Shown: positions 1 to 14,210 of the stretch, in pieces | Numbering within the stretch: the first letter of the stretch is position 1 | Layout: the number at the start of each line of letters is the position of its first letter | Source: Eledone cirrhosa | Lineage: Eukaryota | DNA length: 64,000 bases | NCBI GenBank assembly: GCA_964016885.1 | Contig: OZ024740.1 | Location: forward strand, 196,478,001 to 196,542,000 | Direction of reading: 5' to 3' | The notes under the pieces: model-generated | The model's database searches: none | The model's input: only the letters and a program-made list of their open reading frames with translations | What the model was told of the DNA's origin: nothing | Made by a program: the position numbers and the translations under genes

Positions 1-240
1 GCTTCTGTAGTGCACCCACATGGGAAAAAATGAGTTTTATCTGTAATTCAAAGGACCTGAAAACTAGTGATGTGATGTGATGGTCCTGTAACTCTTGTTG
101 GAGCCAAAAGGGCACCGTAGATAGCGTTTCTGGGGCATTTAAAGCCCAGTGGAGCCCATCTTTAACCAGATCTGAACACTGCAGATTTCTTCTAGAGAGA
201 GAGAGGAAGTGTGACAGAAATATAGAGGAAGAATCAACAC

Positions 241-388
241 CAGTACTAGACATGTGCTTTTTTTTTTTTATCGACCTTGAAAGGATGAAAGGCAAAGTTG
301 ACCTCGACAAGATTTGGACTCAGAAAGTCGAAACGAATACCGCAAATCATTCTATATGACGTTCTAACCACTCTGCCAATTCGCCGCC
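241..388 (-). mobile_element. tRNA-derived SINE (abundant family; representative copy)
   Basis: Core 'atcgacc..aaaggatgaaaggcaaagttgacctcg...gatttg.actcaga' recurs many times in the window (e.g. about 1690-1870, 7690-7850, 8556-8712, 15020-15441, 32340-32637, 35360-35545, 44660-44830, 46878-47062). Better copies carry A-box-like (TGGCAGTATCGG) and B-box-like (GAGTTCAAATC) motifs on the sense strand. Confidence 0.75.
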
Positions 389-2780
389 TTGAAAACTAGA
401 TTAAGATTACATATATCTGTGGAATGCTGAGTCACTTGCATGTTAATTTCATGAGCAGGCTGCTCTAGTGATCAAACAACTGGAACACTTGTGGGGAACC
501 GACGGAGGTCTAACAAACAGTTATGATAGTTCAGAGGAACATCACTGAAAACCTTGTCTTCATGCAATATTCACATCAAATCTTCCTTTTGGCAGAACTC
601 ACCCTCTTCAAACTACACATACAAGGTGCGTTAAACTTAAAACTACAAGCAAACAAGAATTTTAATGAATCGCTACAATCTTATATCCCGTTTTAGTTTG
701 TGCTGTCCAGAGAGATCCTTGATTCTTTCTTTCAAAACAAAAAAAAAACAAACAAACACACAACACAATACACTTTTAGGTTACAGGTTCAAATACGTTA
801 ATGGTGGTTTGATCTGTTTCCGAGGAGGGAGGACACTTAATTTCAAATTGCTTTATTTGAAATAGGTATGAGAATTTGCATAGTGAGATTAATAAATTTT
901 CGTCCGTTTAACTCCAGGGAGACTGGAACAAATCATTAAAATGATTAACCTTATATAACTTCATGATCCTCGATATACTGAAGAGGGAAAGTGAGAAATG
1001 TATAATATTATCACCCATCTCTCTTGTGGTTATAATCACTTACTCTTACTGTCAGTTAGAATATCGTTTTTGAATCGTAATGCATGCATATTTTCGTAAC
1101 CCAATGGTATATTTAATAAAGCCATAGTAAAATATATTTGAAATGCAGTTTTTAGTCAATAATTATATCAGTGAGAGTAAGGGTACAAGAAGTAAGTTGA
1201 GATTCTGATACGATTTCAATTCCAGTTGGAAGCCATTTTACATTTCTAGGTTGGGAAAACTATGAAGTGTGCACATTTTCACTTTTCTATAAATATAGTA
1301 CTTTGGCAGGACACAGTATAAACAAAGGAGTAAGAGGTTCGCTTCACAATCAAAAGGTCCTAGGGTTCGATCCGATTGTGTGGCATCTTAAGCAAGTGTC
1401 ATTTACCATAGTCGCGGGTCGACCTAACCATTGAGAGGGAAAATAGGTAGATACAAACAGTTTGAAAGCCTATCGGATGGACTGTACTTGAGATTCAAAA
1501 GGTCAGCCTTGTCGCACATTGTGTCACACTAAATCTCCTTGAGAATTACATTAAAGTTACACAAGTCTGTGGAATGCTCAGTCACTTACACGCTAATTTC
1601 ATGAGCAGGCTGGTATGTTAATCGAACAACTGGAATACTCATCAATAGAAGTCTATTCCAATTCCAGTACTATGTGCCTTGCCTGTCAAATAATGGTTTC
1701 TAATTCAGGCACAAGACGAACGATTCGAGGTGGGTGGGTAAGCCGATTAAATCTTTCCAGTACTTGACTGGTATTTTATTTTATCGATTCTGGAAAGATG
1801 AAAGGCAAAGTTAACATAAGTGGTGGGAGGAGGGGGAAGATTTGAATTCAGAACGTAAAGCGCCACAATAAATATTTCAAATTGGAGTTATTATTTCAAA
1901 TAATTATAAGAAAAAAAATTAGATCTGAAATATTTTGTTTATTCTCAAATTATAGAAGTGTAACAAAAATCATATAAGAGACTAACAATTATTGTAAATG
2001 GAAATAGGTACAGGTAGAGGTAGGTAGAAGTCCCCGTCAGCCACAATGACCATAGGCTTTGCACCTAGAAAGTTCCCCTCCAAGGCACAAGAGTAAGGAT
2101 TTTGTAGAAGACCAGCAGTCACTCATGCATACCAGTCTCCCCTCTCCACGTCACTGATGTTGTTCACGTGAAAGGCTAATGCAGCTTAGAACCAGTGACG
2201 TCGTAACTTATTTCCACAGTTGAGTAAACTGAAGTAACGTGAAATAAAGCGCCTTGCTCAAGGACACAACACACCACCCGGGAATGAAACTCAAAACACA
2301 ACGCTATAACCACTAAGCCATGTGCCTTCACAAAGGAACATAACAAACCACATTAAAAGCGAATCATACATCTTATTCATCTCTAAATGTTTAAACAAAA
2401 TAAACATGTCATCTTGGATGATAAGACCTTGTTTCACCATATAATTAACTTATCTAGAAAATCTTAACTGAATTCACAATGTTACTCATTCAAAACCAGT
2501 ATCTCGAGATTTGCACGTGAAACACTCAAACATTATGCATGTCTAATACAATAACTTGCAATTAAATAGGCAATTACTCCTACTGTTGTTGTCAGAGCTG
2601 ACTGAGTACTTAGCACACTTGACTAGTCCTATAAAGTGCGCCCTCTTCTCCCACTTATGCCATTCCTTAGTTTCTCCTCAAATAACATATTTTCAGCTTA
2701 CAGGTTGGTAAGCTAATAAACCTAGTTTTGATACACGCTCTGACAACACTAAAAAAAAAAATACTAAGCCTGCATTTTCC

Positions 2781-2812
<32 letters not shown>

Positions 2813-4176
2813 ACACACATCGACACATGCTTTTCATTCCGTCACAGACTTGTACTATTTAATTACTGGGATCGATATAATTGACTTCCCCTCTCCCCAA
2901 ATTGCTGGCCTTATACCAATGTTAGAAACAAATAATTTAGTTCAAGGATGGAGGATACGACCAAAGTTTTTCTAGAGACTCCTTTATTGGAGAGTATGGA
3001 GAACAAGTAAAGCTAAAAGTCTAAAGTCTGTTTCGAGCCCGAAGGCTCATCAGGCTGGTACTTATCCCAGTTTCCGTGGCGTTAAGCAAGACTCCACCCT
3101 GGAGAGGATGCCAGTCCATCGCATGGTTAAACTCCTAGCTATTGTTGGCACTCATTTCATCTGTGTATACCAGGGCAACATGAAATGAAGTGTTTTGTTC
3201 AAGAACACAACATACAACCGAATCCAGGAATTGAACCCATGACATTATGATCGTAAGTCCAACACACCTATCACTTAGCCACGCGCCTCTACCGGTTAAC
3301 GATCATTTTGATTTTTTCAAGGCCATTCTTTTAATGGAACAAACTTTCGCGGGGAAACAGTTTTAGATCTTAGTGTCGAATCTTGGGAGGAAACACAGGA
3401 ATAGTGAAGCAATGAGGTAGAAAAATAGTTGTAGTAGTAGAAGAAAGGGAGGTAAGGCAAATCGACGAGGGGAATTCGGGCAAAAAGTATTGCCACGCAG
3501 AGGCGGTGGAAGCATTTCTATTTTTTTTTTTTGTGGGTTGGTAATTTGGTCAATTTAGTTGCAGGGATTAGTTTAGCTGTTATTATTAAATATCAATCAA
3601 GATATAAACAAAAAAATTCGATATGCGATAAATATAATATGTACATAAATTGTAACGTATATACAAATAAATGTGTTTTGATAGTTTGGGGAGAAAATGT
3701 AATTAGTGGTGGGTGGAGCATCCCTGCACGCAAAGTCTGTCTATCAGATGGGTTATCACTTTTAGGTTCAGTTCAGACTGCACGAGAGGTTATCATTAAA
3801 TACTCAACAGCTGACCTAATTTAATATATGACAAAATACTGGGTTGTATAAGTATAACAAGAGACGTGGTTTGTGTGTATAATATTTAATTAACAATTTG
3901 TGGATATATAGAACAGTATAGTTGACATGTCAATGAATAGATGAGAGAATGAAGCAAAGTTATTAGTTACCGTTTGGTTGCCAGGCGAACGCGCCTGGCC
4001 GCAGACGCCTGGCCGAAGGCTAGGAGCCGAAAGGGCAAATGAGAGAGAGGGAGCTGAAAGTTATTCCCTTTATAGGGTTGGAACGGAAGTTACAGAAAGG
4101 GTTCTACTTCCTATCTAGAGAGCGTTAATCTATTGGTGATGTGAGTGTCACAACAAGGGAAGCAACTCCTGCTACA

Positions 4177-4190
4177 TTATCCCCCGCCAG
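4177..4190 (-). other. Polypurine tract of the LTR element
   Basis: Minus strand CTGGCGGGGGATAA lies immediately before the TG of the 3' LTR. Confidence 0.75.
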
Positions 4191-5488
4191 ATTTTTAAAA
4201 TATAAAAATCGAATGAAATATGTATGCAGTAAGTTGGCGAGAATGTTGTAACAGGCATGAAAATTACGAAAAAACTAATGTTTGCAATAATCAATGATAG
4301 ATATCAAGGTAGCCAACCGCTCTTGGCCAGAGAACGACTGGATATCTATCTATCCATCACCCAAAGATACAATGTAATCAAAGTAAGAGAAGAGCTCAAA
4401 GTTCAAATTACAGTTCACAGGTGTGCAATCACATGACAGCAGGAAAGAAAGTGTGTTCCAGAGAATGAATGCAGGTGGTTTCTGTTCTGTGGTATAACGT
4501 GAAATTTCCAACCTCCGAATGGATTTTCTCACAGGAAGAGTGCTGCAAAAATAAATTCTCTGGCTTGTTCTGCTGGTTTTGGTTGTTGATGAAGCTGTGT
4601 TGCTGTTGATGTTGTTGTCTCGCGGAGTGAGCGTATTCGATGTTTAAATTCACAGTAAAATTTTTTTTATTAGAAAAAATGAGTTGTGCAAAGTGCTAGA
4701 AATAACAGCCGAAGTTGATGATCGATGTTGAGAATGCGTTGACCTGGAAGGGTCAAGAGGCCAGCGACCAGAGAAATAAGCATTCTGAATAAATGCGCAG
4801 TTTTCAACGGCAAATTTACGTGGTAAATTTTTAAACCGGCAAATAGGAGAATATAGCTTAAGGCTGGAGAATCCTTGGCGAGAAACGTTATCTCTGGCGT
4901 GTGGTTATCTCCGTGAGTCGAGAATTCTGCTGCCTACACGTGCCAAAACAAGGTTAAGTTGAAAAAAAAAAATTTCTATTGCGCGAGAAAATGGCGCGAA
5001 AATGATAGTGCAACAGGTCGTTGGCAGCCATTTTGAAAAAATGTGTGTGTGAAAGTGACAATGATGAAAAAGAAAGAAAGGCTTCACTTAGTATAACAAA
5101 TATGGCGAGTTCAATTTTTTTTATTTTTGTGAACGATGAAAAAAAACTTGAACGATGAAGAAAACGATGAAAAAAAGCAATAGTTGAGATTCATCGAAAA
5201 TAAATGTTCATGTTGAAATGTTTAAAAAAAAAAAATCAAATTTCTTTTTTTGTTTGTTTGTTTTTAAAGTGTTCGTTGTAAGAAGAAACGAAAAACATAT
5301 TTATATATATACAGTGAAATGCGACAGTTAGTTGATACGTGAGAGAAAAAGAGTCTGTCTGAACGAGAATTTCACATGTGCGTCTGTTCGTTTCTGTGTC
5401 TGCGTATTTTCATAGTTTGTCAATAAAATTTGCTGCGTATTCGTAATGTTACTCACACAACACCAGATTCTGCTATTTTTTTCTTTTT

Positions 5489-5500
5489 TCGGGGTCACCA
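5489..5500 (-). other. Primer-binding site complementary to the tRNA-Trp 3' end
   Basis: Plus strand tcggggtcacca equals the 3' end of eukaryotic tRNA-Trp (...TCGGGGTCACCA), 2 nt from the 5' LTR. Confidence 0.85.
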
Positions 5501-6170
5501 CTTATAACAAAATACTGGGTTGTATAAGTATAACAAGAGACGGGGTTTGTGTGTATAATATTTAATTAACAATTTGTGGATATATAGAACAGTATAGTTG
5601 ACATGTCAATGAATAGATGAGAGAATGAAGCAAAGTTATTAGTTACCGTTTGGTTGCCAGGCGAACGCGTCTGGCCGCAAACGCCTGACCGAAAAGGCAA
5701 ATGAGAGAGAGGGAGCTGAAAGTTATTCCCTTTATAGGGTTGGAACGGAAGTTACAGAAAGGGTTCTATTTCCTATCTAGAGAGCGTTAATCTATTGGTG
5801 ATGTGAGTGTCACAACAAGGGAAGCAACTCCTGCTACAAATACTAATGTCTAATTAGTTATAGAGATTCTCTTTGTTGGGATCAGAATCATTAAAGTGTC
5901 GGATTAAATGCCTATGTTCTGGCTCTTTGCATTCTATAATTCACACTCTGCCGAGCTCAGCTTTGTTTTTAATTTTTTCAGGATTGATAAATAAAGTACG
6001 ATCATAATGTCGAGGGTTCAATTCTCGGACAGAGTGGTGCATGGTCTTCTGGAGTAAAACACTTCATTCCACGTTGCTCCAGTACACTCAACTGAAAATG
6101 TGTACCAGTATTAACTGGAAGTTAACTCTGCAATAGACAAGCATCCAGGGGGAAGTCTTGTGCACTAAGT

Positions 6171-6306
6171 CTGAGAGAAAATTTTGGTGGTCCGCAGAAT
6201 TTTTTTTTATGTATTTATCGTTTTAAAAAAATTCATGGTAGTGGTCCGCGGGATTTAAAATTATGAATTTAGTGGTCCGTGAGGTACGAAAGGTTGGCGA
6301 CCGCTG
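6171..6306. mobile_element. hAT/Charlie-like MITE remnant
   Basis: Right end AAAGGTTGGCGACCGCTG; three GTGGTCCG subterminal repeats; 8-bp TSD CACTAAGT (6163-6170 and 6307-6314); left TIR mostly lost. Confidence 0.6.
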
Positions 6307-6663
6307 CACTAAGTCGCTTACCGCCAAGAAAATGTTGGTGTTATTTACGCATTTGTTTTATTATTTCTGTATATATTTAAAACATATTGGCAACGTTATT
6401 CTACTGTAAATTTATACAACAGTAATTAAATTTTTTCAAACTTCTGATCTTAAATCCCACCTCCTTCAGCCAGGAGTTGCAACCAGCAGATAATATTAGC
6501 AATTAATTAGTTTAATTTTATACATAGTTTCCTTCATCTGATCTGATGATCGGGTCCATATCCCCCACCCCTTTTAATTATACATGCTGTGAAACTATCA
6601 CCAACTAATTAAGATCCTATAATCTATTATTGTATGGAAGAAGTGTTATTACGTTAACATATA

Positions 6664-6891
6664 ACACACACACAGACACACACAACCGTACACTGACAGA
6701 CAGGCTCATACATACAGACACACACATACATACACACACACACACTCACATACACAGACACACACACGTACACAGACAGACAATCACATACATACGGACA
6801 CATATACAAACTCACACACAGGCACACAGACACACATGTACACACACATATACATACAGACACACACAGACAGGTACACACACATACAGAC

Positions 6892-6942
<51 letters not shown>
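6664..6942. repeat. Degenerate (CA)n microsatellite
   Basis: Directly visible; source of spurious Thr-His and Val-Cys ORFs. Confidence 0.95.
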
Positions 6943-6946
<4 letters not shown>

Positions 6947-8007
6947 CTACTGCTGTATGTGATTTATCATACAAATTATTGGTTGTAGCTATAGTCACAG
7001 ATAATATTGAGTGGAAGAAGTCATTTCAACAGTTTCCAAATATCTACCAATTTAGTGTCTAATACCATTCTATCACCTCCAACACTATAACACTCAATAT
7101 CTACTACTACTACCACCATAACACACAATATCTACTACTACTACTACTGCTACTGCTGCTGCTGCTGCTGCTGCTGGTATTGAATTATTGAATTTAGAAT
7201 ATGAATTATGAGTCATATACACACAACGACAACATCTATGACATTTATTAAGTTAATTACTGCTCAACGCAAGACATTGAAACGTTGTGGGGCCAATTTC
7301 CTTAAACTGACCATACGATGCATACATGTATGGTCCCGTAACTCCTGATGGGGTCGTAAGGGCTCGGTAGTGGCATACGGCGTTTCTAGCGCATTTTAAG
7401 CCTGAACGCAGCAGATTTCTTCCATAGAAGAATAGAAAGGGAGAGAGAAGAAATCTCTCTGATCAGATCCCAGACCTCGTTCACTTGCCGAGTGGGGTGG
7501 ACCTCATCAAATCAGACCAAGGAAACAATATTTCTATTGGTTTTTCAATTGCTGATACTGTCTACCGGTCCCAACTACTGGGAGAAAGAGCAACATGAAA
7601 TAAGGTGTCTTGCTCAAGGATACAACATATCACCTGGTTCAATAATTGAACTCGCAACCTCACGATTATATAGATATATAGAGGAATAATCGATCCCAGC
7701 ACTGGTCCGGTACATTTTTCTTATCGATCTCGAAAGGACGAAAAGCAAAGTTGACCTTGGTGGGATTTGAACTCAGAGAACAGAGAAAAGGAACGAATAC
7801 CACAAAGCACTCTATCCGACATTGTAATGACTCTGCTAATTCAACGCCTAACCATCCGATATAAACGGTCAAATGAACCAATAGAAACTTAGTTGACGGT
7901 TAACATTGTTAATATCACTGCAGCTCTCACAGGAGAGAAGAGAAGACATTGATAAAGAATGATTTGAATTGTACTTGAATATTAATCACATAGTTGAGGC
8001 TGTTTAT

Positions 8008-8119
<112 letters not shown>

Positions 8120-9878
8120 GTATAATGCACACAAGATGTATGGGGACACATAAACATGTAAATACATAAGATGCACGGACACACACACATAAACATACAT
8201 AATACATATAAATATACATTCACGCATGCATACATACATACATACATTTTCACTACTAAAACCAAGGGAATAAAACCGCCTGCCTAATAAGCAAATTGTT
8301 TACAATTACCAATGCACACCAAACAATGACCTCTTGTCAAGTTGTATATTAATTATTCTTAATTAAGTAAAGCAATAAGAAAATAACCTTTATGATGGAT
8401 GTCATGTTTTTCAAGTGAGGGCAGGAATAACCATTAAGCAAAATAAACACATATTCAGGGTTTCAAGGAAGATGGGTGCCATTTTATTTAGATTAAATGT
8501 ATTTGTCATTTTTTAAAAGTGCTTTTTTCCCCCCTGCAGACTTTATATATGGAGGAGGTGGCGAGATGGCCGAGTCGTTAGGTCAGCGGATAATAAATGC
8601 CTTGATATTTCTTTTGCTTCACTGCACTCTGAGTTCAGACCCCGTCAAGGTCAAATCTGCCTTTCATCCTTTCGCGGTCGATAAATAAAGTGCCTGTCTA
8701 GTACAGGGGTCGATTATTTTTCTAGAAGAAATCGGATGTGTTATGAGTTGGAGAGGGATGAGTTCCACCAGGTTTAAAATGCCCAAGATACGCCGTGTGT
8801 CAAGACGGCGCTCCAACGAATCCACCAGGAGTTAAGGGCCCTTTACCATATCTATATATGAGCGGGGAGGCTGCACCATAATCTTTTAAGAGCTTAGTGC
8901 TTCAAAAAGACTTCATCCGGTCCTTGTTCTAGTAAGAATATTGTGAAGTACATGGCTTATTGCTAAGGGTGTTCAGCTCATGATCACGGAGTTGTGAATT
9001 TGATACCTGATGGTGCATTGTGTCCTTGAGCAAGAATCTTTCTGATTCTTTCTTTTTTCCAAGCATGGGCACTCTAGGCAGTTGACCGGTGGCCCACAAG
9101 ATCTAAGGGACCTAATGCTAGTCTATGCATGCCATGATTGTGTAAGTAGGGACCACAGTGCATTACTTTGCCCGGGTACCAGTAATACTAGTAGAACGGC
9201 CGTGCTTTTGTTGTCTATACCTCTCTGGTTGTCAAACACTTTGTATATATATATATTACATATAAAGTGTTTTTTTTCTGATCACTCCACCGCATGGCAC
9301 CTTGAGCGAATATCTTCTACCACTGCCTTGAATAACTTCGTGTGTGTGACACACACACGCGCGCGCGCATTGCTTTCTTTCAGAATATACTTTCCAGTAA
9401 TGAGCTATTAAGAACTTTATCAGTTGTTAATGTTTCATTTCATTTATCACTCTACATTCATCATAATACAAACGACCATCATTTATACAAGAGGCAAACA
9501 TTATTCAAACAAGAAGCTATTTATTGGAATTAAGTCAGTTTTTACAAAAATATCGTCATTTATAATTTCCTATTGATTTTTCCTACTATATTCTTGCAAT
9601 ATTTTTGCGGAACCCCCAAAGTGTTTGGTGCAGTGAGTAGATTATGAATGTTTAGGTTTGGTTCATTATTTGTTTGTTAATCTATTGTGTTTATTTGTTG
9701 TTGTTGTATCTGGGTTGGAGGTTTTAAAAACAAAAAGGAATTGTCAGAAAAAAAGAAACAGTCAAATAGACAGACACACACACACACTCACACCAACCGC
9801 AAACACAGGAATATGTACACATGCACATAAACACACACTCACACACGCCCGTAGATACACAAACGTCCATGTATTATA

Positions 9879-10308
9879 TTAGGTTGAACAGTAATTTCTA
9901 TCCGTTTTCAATTTTTTATTGACTTTGGCGGTTTTTAACTTACGGAACAATAATCGCCATCATTTGCGATTACCGTCTGCCATTGTTTAGGAAGGCGTAT
10001 GTTTCCATCCCTGTAGAATTCTTCTGGCTTTGATGCGAAGAATTAGCTACTGATTTAATTGACCTTCATTGGTCCTTGAGAGAAAGAGGTGATACTTTGT
10101 AGGTGCGAGGTCGGGCGAATATAGCAGGTGGGGCAAAACCTCCCAACTTAGCTCCAGCAGCTTCTCACTGGTCATTCTGGATGAATGCAGGCGAGCGTTA
10201 CCATGAAGGAATCGAACAGGATTTGGAATTGGAATAGACTTCTGTTGATGAAAACTCTACCTCAATACCTCCTTTTGAAAAGCGGCGGGAACTTTTTGTC
10301 CAACCCTA
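9879..10308 (-). mobile_element. Internally deleted mariner (Tc1/mariner) transposon relic
   Basis: Degenerate TIRs (TTAGGTTGAACAG... and ...TGTCCAACCCTA) flanked by TA. Minus-strand translation gives HGNARLH, WEVLPHLLYSPDLAPTKYHLF and FYRDG..LPKQWQTV, matching the mariner transposase C-terminus (YSPDLAP motif). Confidence 0.85.
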
Positions 10309-10400
10309 TATATATATATATATATATAAGGGCGGTGCCCCAGCATGGCCTCAGCCGGATGGCTGAAACAGGTAAAAGAGTAAAAGAGTATATATATATA

Positions 10401-12226
10401 TTTCGTTTCTGAATTTGTTTAGCAAGATTCTTTATCTGAAATCGTGTGTTGAAACCGATATTGTTATACTTTGGGAGGGTCATGTTGCCAATAAGAAACA
10501 CACGCACCAGTTGCTTTCACTTTAATTTATTATATATTTATAAATTTATAAATTTATAAATTTCTGGTTGGTTGGTTGGTTCCACAACCAGATAGTTGTT
10601 TATATATAGTCATAGTTCTTTCGTCACACTCTGTGACCTCTTCAGTGACTGGGGATTCCTTTCTTTGTTTCTGTGCCTCTCCTTTGTTCTGTCCTACGCC
10701 ATTTTGTTTCAGAAAACACCTCCACTCCACTCCTCATCTGACCACCCTTCCCCAACTAACATACTAACATCCCTTCCCTCCCCTCTTCTCCTCCTCCCCC
10801 CTCCTTATCACACGCACACACCCACCGGTACATATATACACGCGCTCACACTAAACACACACCCTACTACCACCACTAACCCTCACCCCCACACCTCTCA
10901 CCTCCACACCTCCATCCCACCACCCCGAAACTAACCTCACTAACACCCCCTAACCCCAAGCACACGAACACACGCACCCACTTACACCACCCACCCCACA
11001 CGCAACTAACATCACTAACACCCCCCAACCCCACGCACACGTACCCACACACCCTCGTACACCACCAACTCTACACACCCTACCACCACTAACCCCCACT
11101 CACACCTGCATTCAACCCCTCCCCACCTTCCGTATACTAACACCCACTAACACCTCTTCATCAAACTACACACACACCAGTACACCACACTCCCTCCATA
11201 GAACCACACACACCCTTCTCTCCCCACTCCACCCACACCCTCGCTCCACACTCACTCATCCCACTAACACCCCTACTAATACACACACACACACACCCTC
11301 CTCACTCCAACTTTCACACCTACCCATCCTCGCCCCCTACCATTCCACTGACTGTTGCTGTGCCCTCTGGCCACCTCCCATCACCAACAGACCACAGCAC
11401 TCCCACTGCTGACCACTTCCTGTTGCGCGCGCATCCCACATCTCTCCTCTTCCGACCACCACTTCATGGATTACCCACACGCAGAATTTGACTTACAAAC
11501 AATCTACTGAACATCCTTGGAACTTACCAACTTTTCAACCATCCTCTTGCGTAATCACCTATATAACTCACCCGCACACACACCCCCAAACATTTTTTTT
11601 CTCCACACGCCACCCACACCCACAACACGCTTAAACCCCACACACACGTGCTTCCCACCACATATTTACACCCTCAGCCTCCTGATTCCTCTCCCCCCCC
11701 TATCCACACACGCACAGACACTCCGACCCCCCCCACACCCCTTCCTGAACATGCAACCCCGTTTTCCCCCAACCCTTACTTTCACATACACACACACACA
11801 CACACACACCTACACACACCACCTTCAGCCCTCCCCGCTCGGACACCCCGTCTCCCTCTCCCCACTCCACCCGCCACCACCCCTACTCACCCCACACCCT
11901 TCCACCACCTGTTTACCCCCTTTTAATTTCAGTTTATTTTGATCATGCCTTTATTTTTAAATTTTCTCATTCCTTGTATTTTGATCATGCTTTATTTTTA
12001 TTTTTTATCTTTATTTGTTTTTTTTTCATTCGCACCGTTTCCTTTCGCTATATGTCTCTCCACCACTCCCCTACACACCTTTTGAACTCTGTTCCCACAC
12101 ACTTCTCACCTGAGGAAGGGCTTATGCCCGAAACGTCGTCCCCCACCTACCCCCCACTCTCCTGAGCGTGAAATTAATAAACATTTATTGTACTGCCTCT
12201 CTGTTTTGTCCCTGTTCAAATTTTTC

Positions 12227-12230
<4 letters not shown>
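10401..12230 (+). mobile_element. Probable PLE pseudo-LTR / non-coding remnant with a long C/A-rich low-complexity tract
   Basis: Bounded by (TA)n on both sides; strongly G-depleted plus strand at about 10740-11920; hammerhead-like core near the 3' end followed by AATAAA. Confidence 0.5.
12105..12140 (+). ncRNA. Minimal hammerhead-like motif (weak stem I)
   Basis: CUGAGGA-A-GGGC-UUAU-GCCC-GAAACGUC; palindromic ACGU loop 3; only 2 bp of stem I. Confidence 0.5.
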
Positions 12231-12289
<59 letters not shown>

Positions 12290-12773
12290 GTTTAAGCAAG
12301 GAATCGTTGCTTTCAACCTATTACGGGATTTTCTAAAACTTGGTGTATGACCCAAATGCATTGTTAATGCGACAACTCGATACTACTGCTCTTAGGCCAG
12401 ATCTTTGCTTGAACTTTAATCTGCACTAATAATAAATATTTGCTCTCCAGGTTTATATATGCATTTTATATATATACAATCTTTATCTAGCCCTCTTCGG
12501 ATTTTGGTCTCCATATTTATTATTACGACACACACACACACACACGTAAATAAGACCCTTATTGTTCTAATCTGTCCACATGACTCTTGCTAAACCAAAT
12601 CATGACCCACACTCCAAATTCAGCAAACCGAACACGAACTATTCCCCTTCCCAAACTCGGCATACCGAACCAGACCGCAACAGCCACTAAATGGGGAAGA
12701 CAGACGCGATCGAGCTGCCGCTGTCATACATAATAAGGAAAAATAAGGGAGTATGCTGGAATCTTACATCATT

Positions 12774-12832
12774 GCTATTATATGCATTTCGATAGTATCA
12801 ATTATATAATAGATACGACCCCATCAGGCAGC
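12774..12832 (-). ncRNA. Degenerate type I hammerhead motif
   Basis: Minus strand CUGAUGG (A9G), stem II GGUCGUAUC/GAUACUAUC, then GAAAUGCAUA with palindromic AUGCAU; stem I disrupted. Confidence 0.45.
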
Positions 12833-13013
12833 TATTACGTAATTTTTTTATACTCCGATATGCCCCAGAGTAGTATTTTGATGTTACTCCTTCGGAGCCC
12901 TGTTGACAATAGCGTTCCGCTCCAGGTCTGAGCATAGTTGATTTCTTCCAGAGAAGGAGGAGATGGAGAAAGGAGGGGGAGAGGAAAGAAGAGAGAGGGG
13001 GAGAGCGGAGAGA

Positions 13014-13046
<33 letters not shown>

Positions 13047-13545
13047 GGGAAGAGAGAGTGAGAGAGACAGAGTATCAACCCATGTACTGGATTTGTACTT
13101 TATTTATTGACCTAGACAGGACGAAAGGCAAATATGAACTCGGTGGGATTTGAACTGAGTACAACAATTTGAAACAAATACTGCGAACCATTGTTTGATG
13201 TTCTAACAATTCTACCAATTCACTGCCTCAAAGATGTACCGAAACTATGACCTGGTTTAAATTCCCAGTGATAAAAATTTCATTTCCCTTAAATATAAAT
13301 TCCCATTCCTTACCCACACTCCACTCCATCTTAGATCTGGTATTTTTATGAAATTATAATCAATAGATTTCACTGTTGTAGCCTCATACTGATGTAAGAA
13401 ATCAATAGTTTTATTACTACTTTGCATTAGTTGTGGTTTCACTTTATATTAATGGATCTTCCATCGGTTTCAACGATGAGCATGCAGTTACGCAAAATAT
13501 AACAAATAAGATTTAGTTGATTTGAGGAGTATTGGGAAATATCAA

Positions 13546-13740
13546 ATTTGAAAATGTAGTCACCACAATGCAGAAAACTATAATAATAGTTGATCACTAT
13601 AGATAATTGTTCAATAAGGTGCCTCTTCTGCAAAAGGTGCCTCTTCTGCAGGAGTACTTTACCCAATTTATTGATGACTTATTTATAGTTATCAACTATT
13701 TGTTATAGTTATCTGCATTGTGGTGATTATATTTTCAAAT
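13546..13740. repeat. Fold-back / MITE-like inverted repeat (about 60-bp arms)
   Basis: 13546-13606 is an imperfect reverse complement of 13679-13740; the spacer holds AAGGTGCCTCTTCTGCA twice. Confidence 0.7.
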
Positions 13741-14210
13741 AACAAATAATTATATCTTTGTAATTTGGTAGAGTTTCTACAATCTGGGTAACACAAGATA
13801 TAAGGAATGAGTATAGAGTGTTATTAGCGGTAATGTAATAGACTCTGTGTCTTCGAGGTAGGGATGGATTCTCTGTTGATTTCAGCGATGAATATTCAGT
13901 TTTTTGATCAACTGAACCACTTCTCCCACTTCGGAATTAACGTGCAACTGGTTGAGTATTCCACAAACACGCGTAAGCTTAACGTAACTCTTAGGCAGAA
14001 TCAACATGTCACAACGTGAATTTTATTTACTCAATTTTACTCACAAGGCCCTGATAGACCAAGATGTCACACAGTGAGATCAAACTCGGGTTTCATGATA
14101 GCAAAATAAACTGTTTAACCACTCAACCATGTCTGTAATCTACCTTACTTATGATGAACCGTAGAGGAGTGTCAATCTCTTACAGAATTTCTTTTTATAA
14201 ATCATTTTTA

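Larger units (their letters stand above)
3827..5838 (-). mobile_element. Non-autonomous LTR retrotransposon (about 2 kb), probably derived from a CsRn1-type Gypsy
   Basis: LTRs at 3827-4176 and 5503-5838 (minus strand TGTAGC...ATA); 4-bp TSD AATA (3823-3826 and 5839-5842); PBS TGGTGACCCCGA; PPT next to the 3' LTR; 1.3-kb interior with no intact ORF. Confidence 0.9.
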
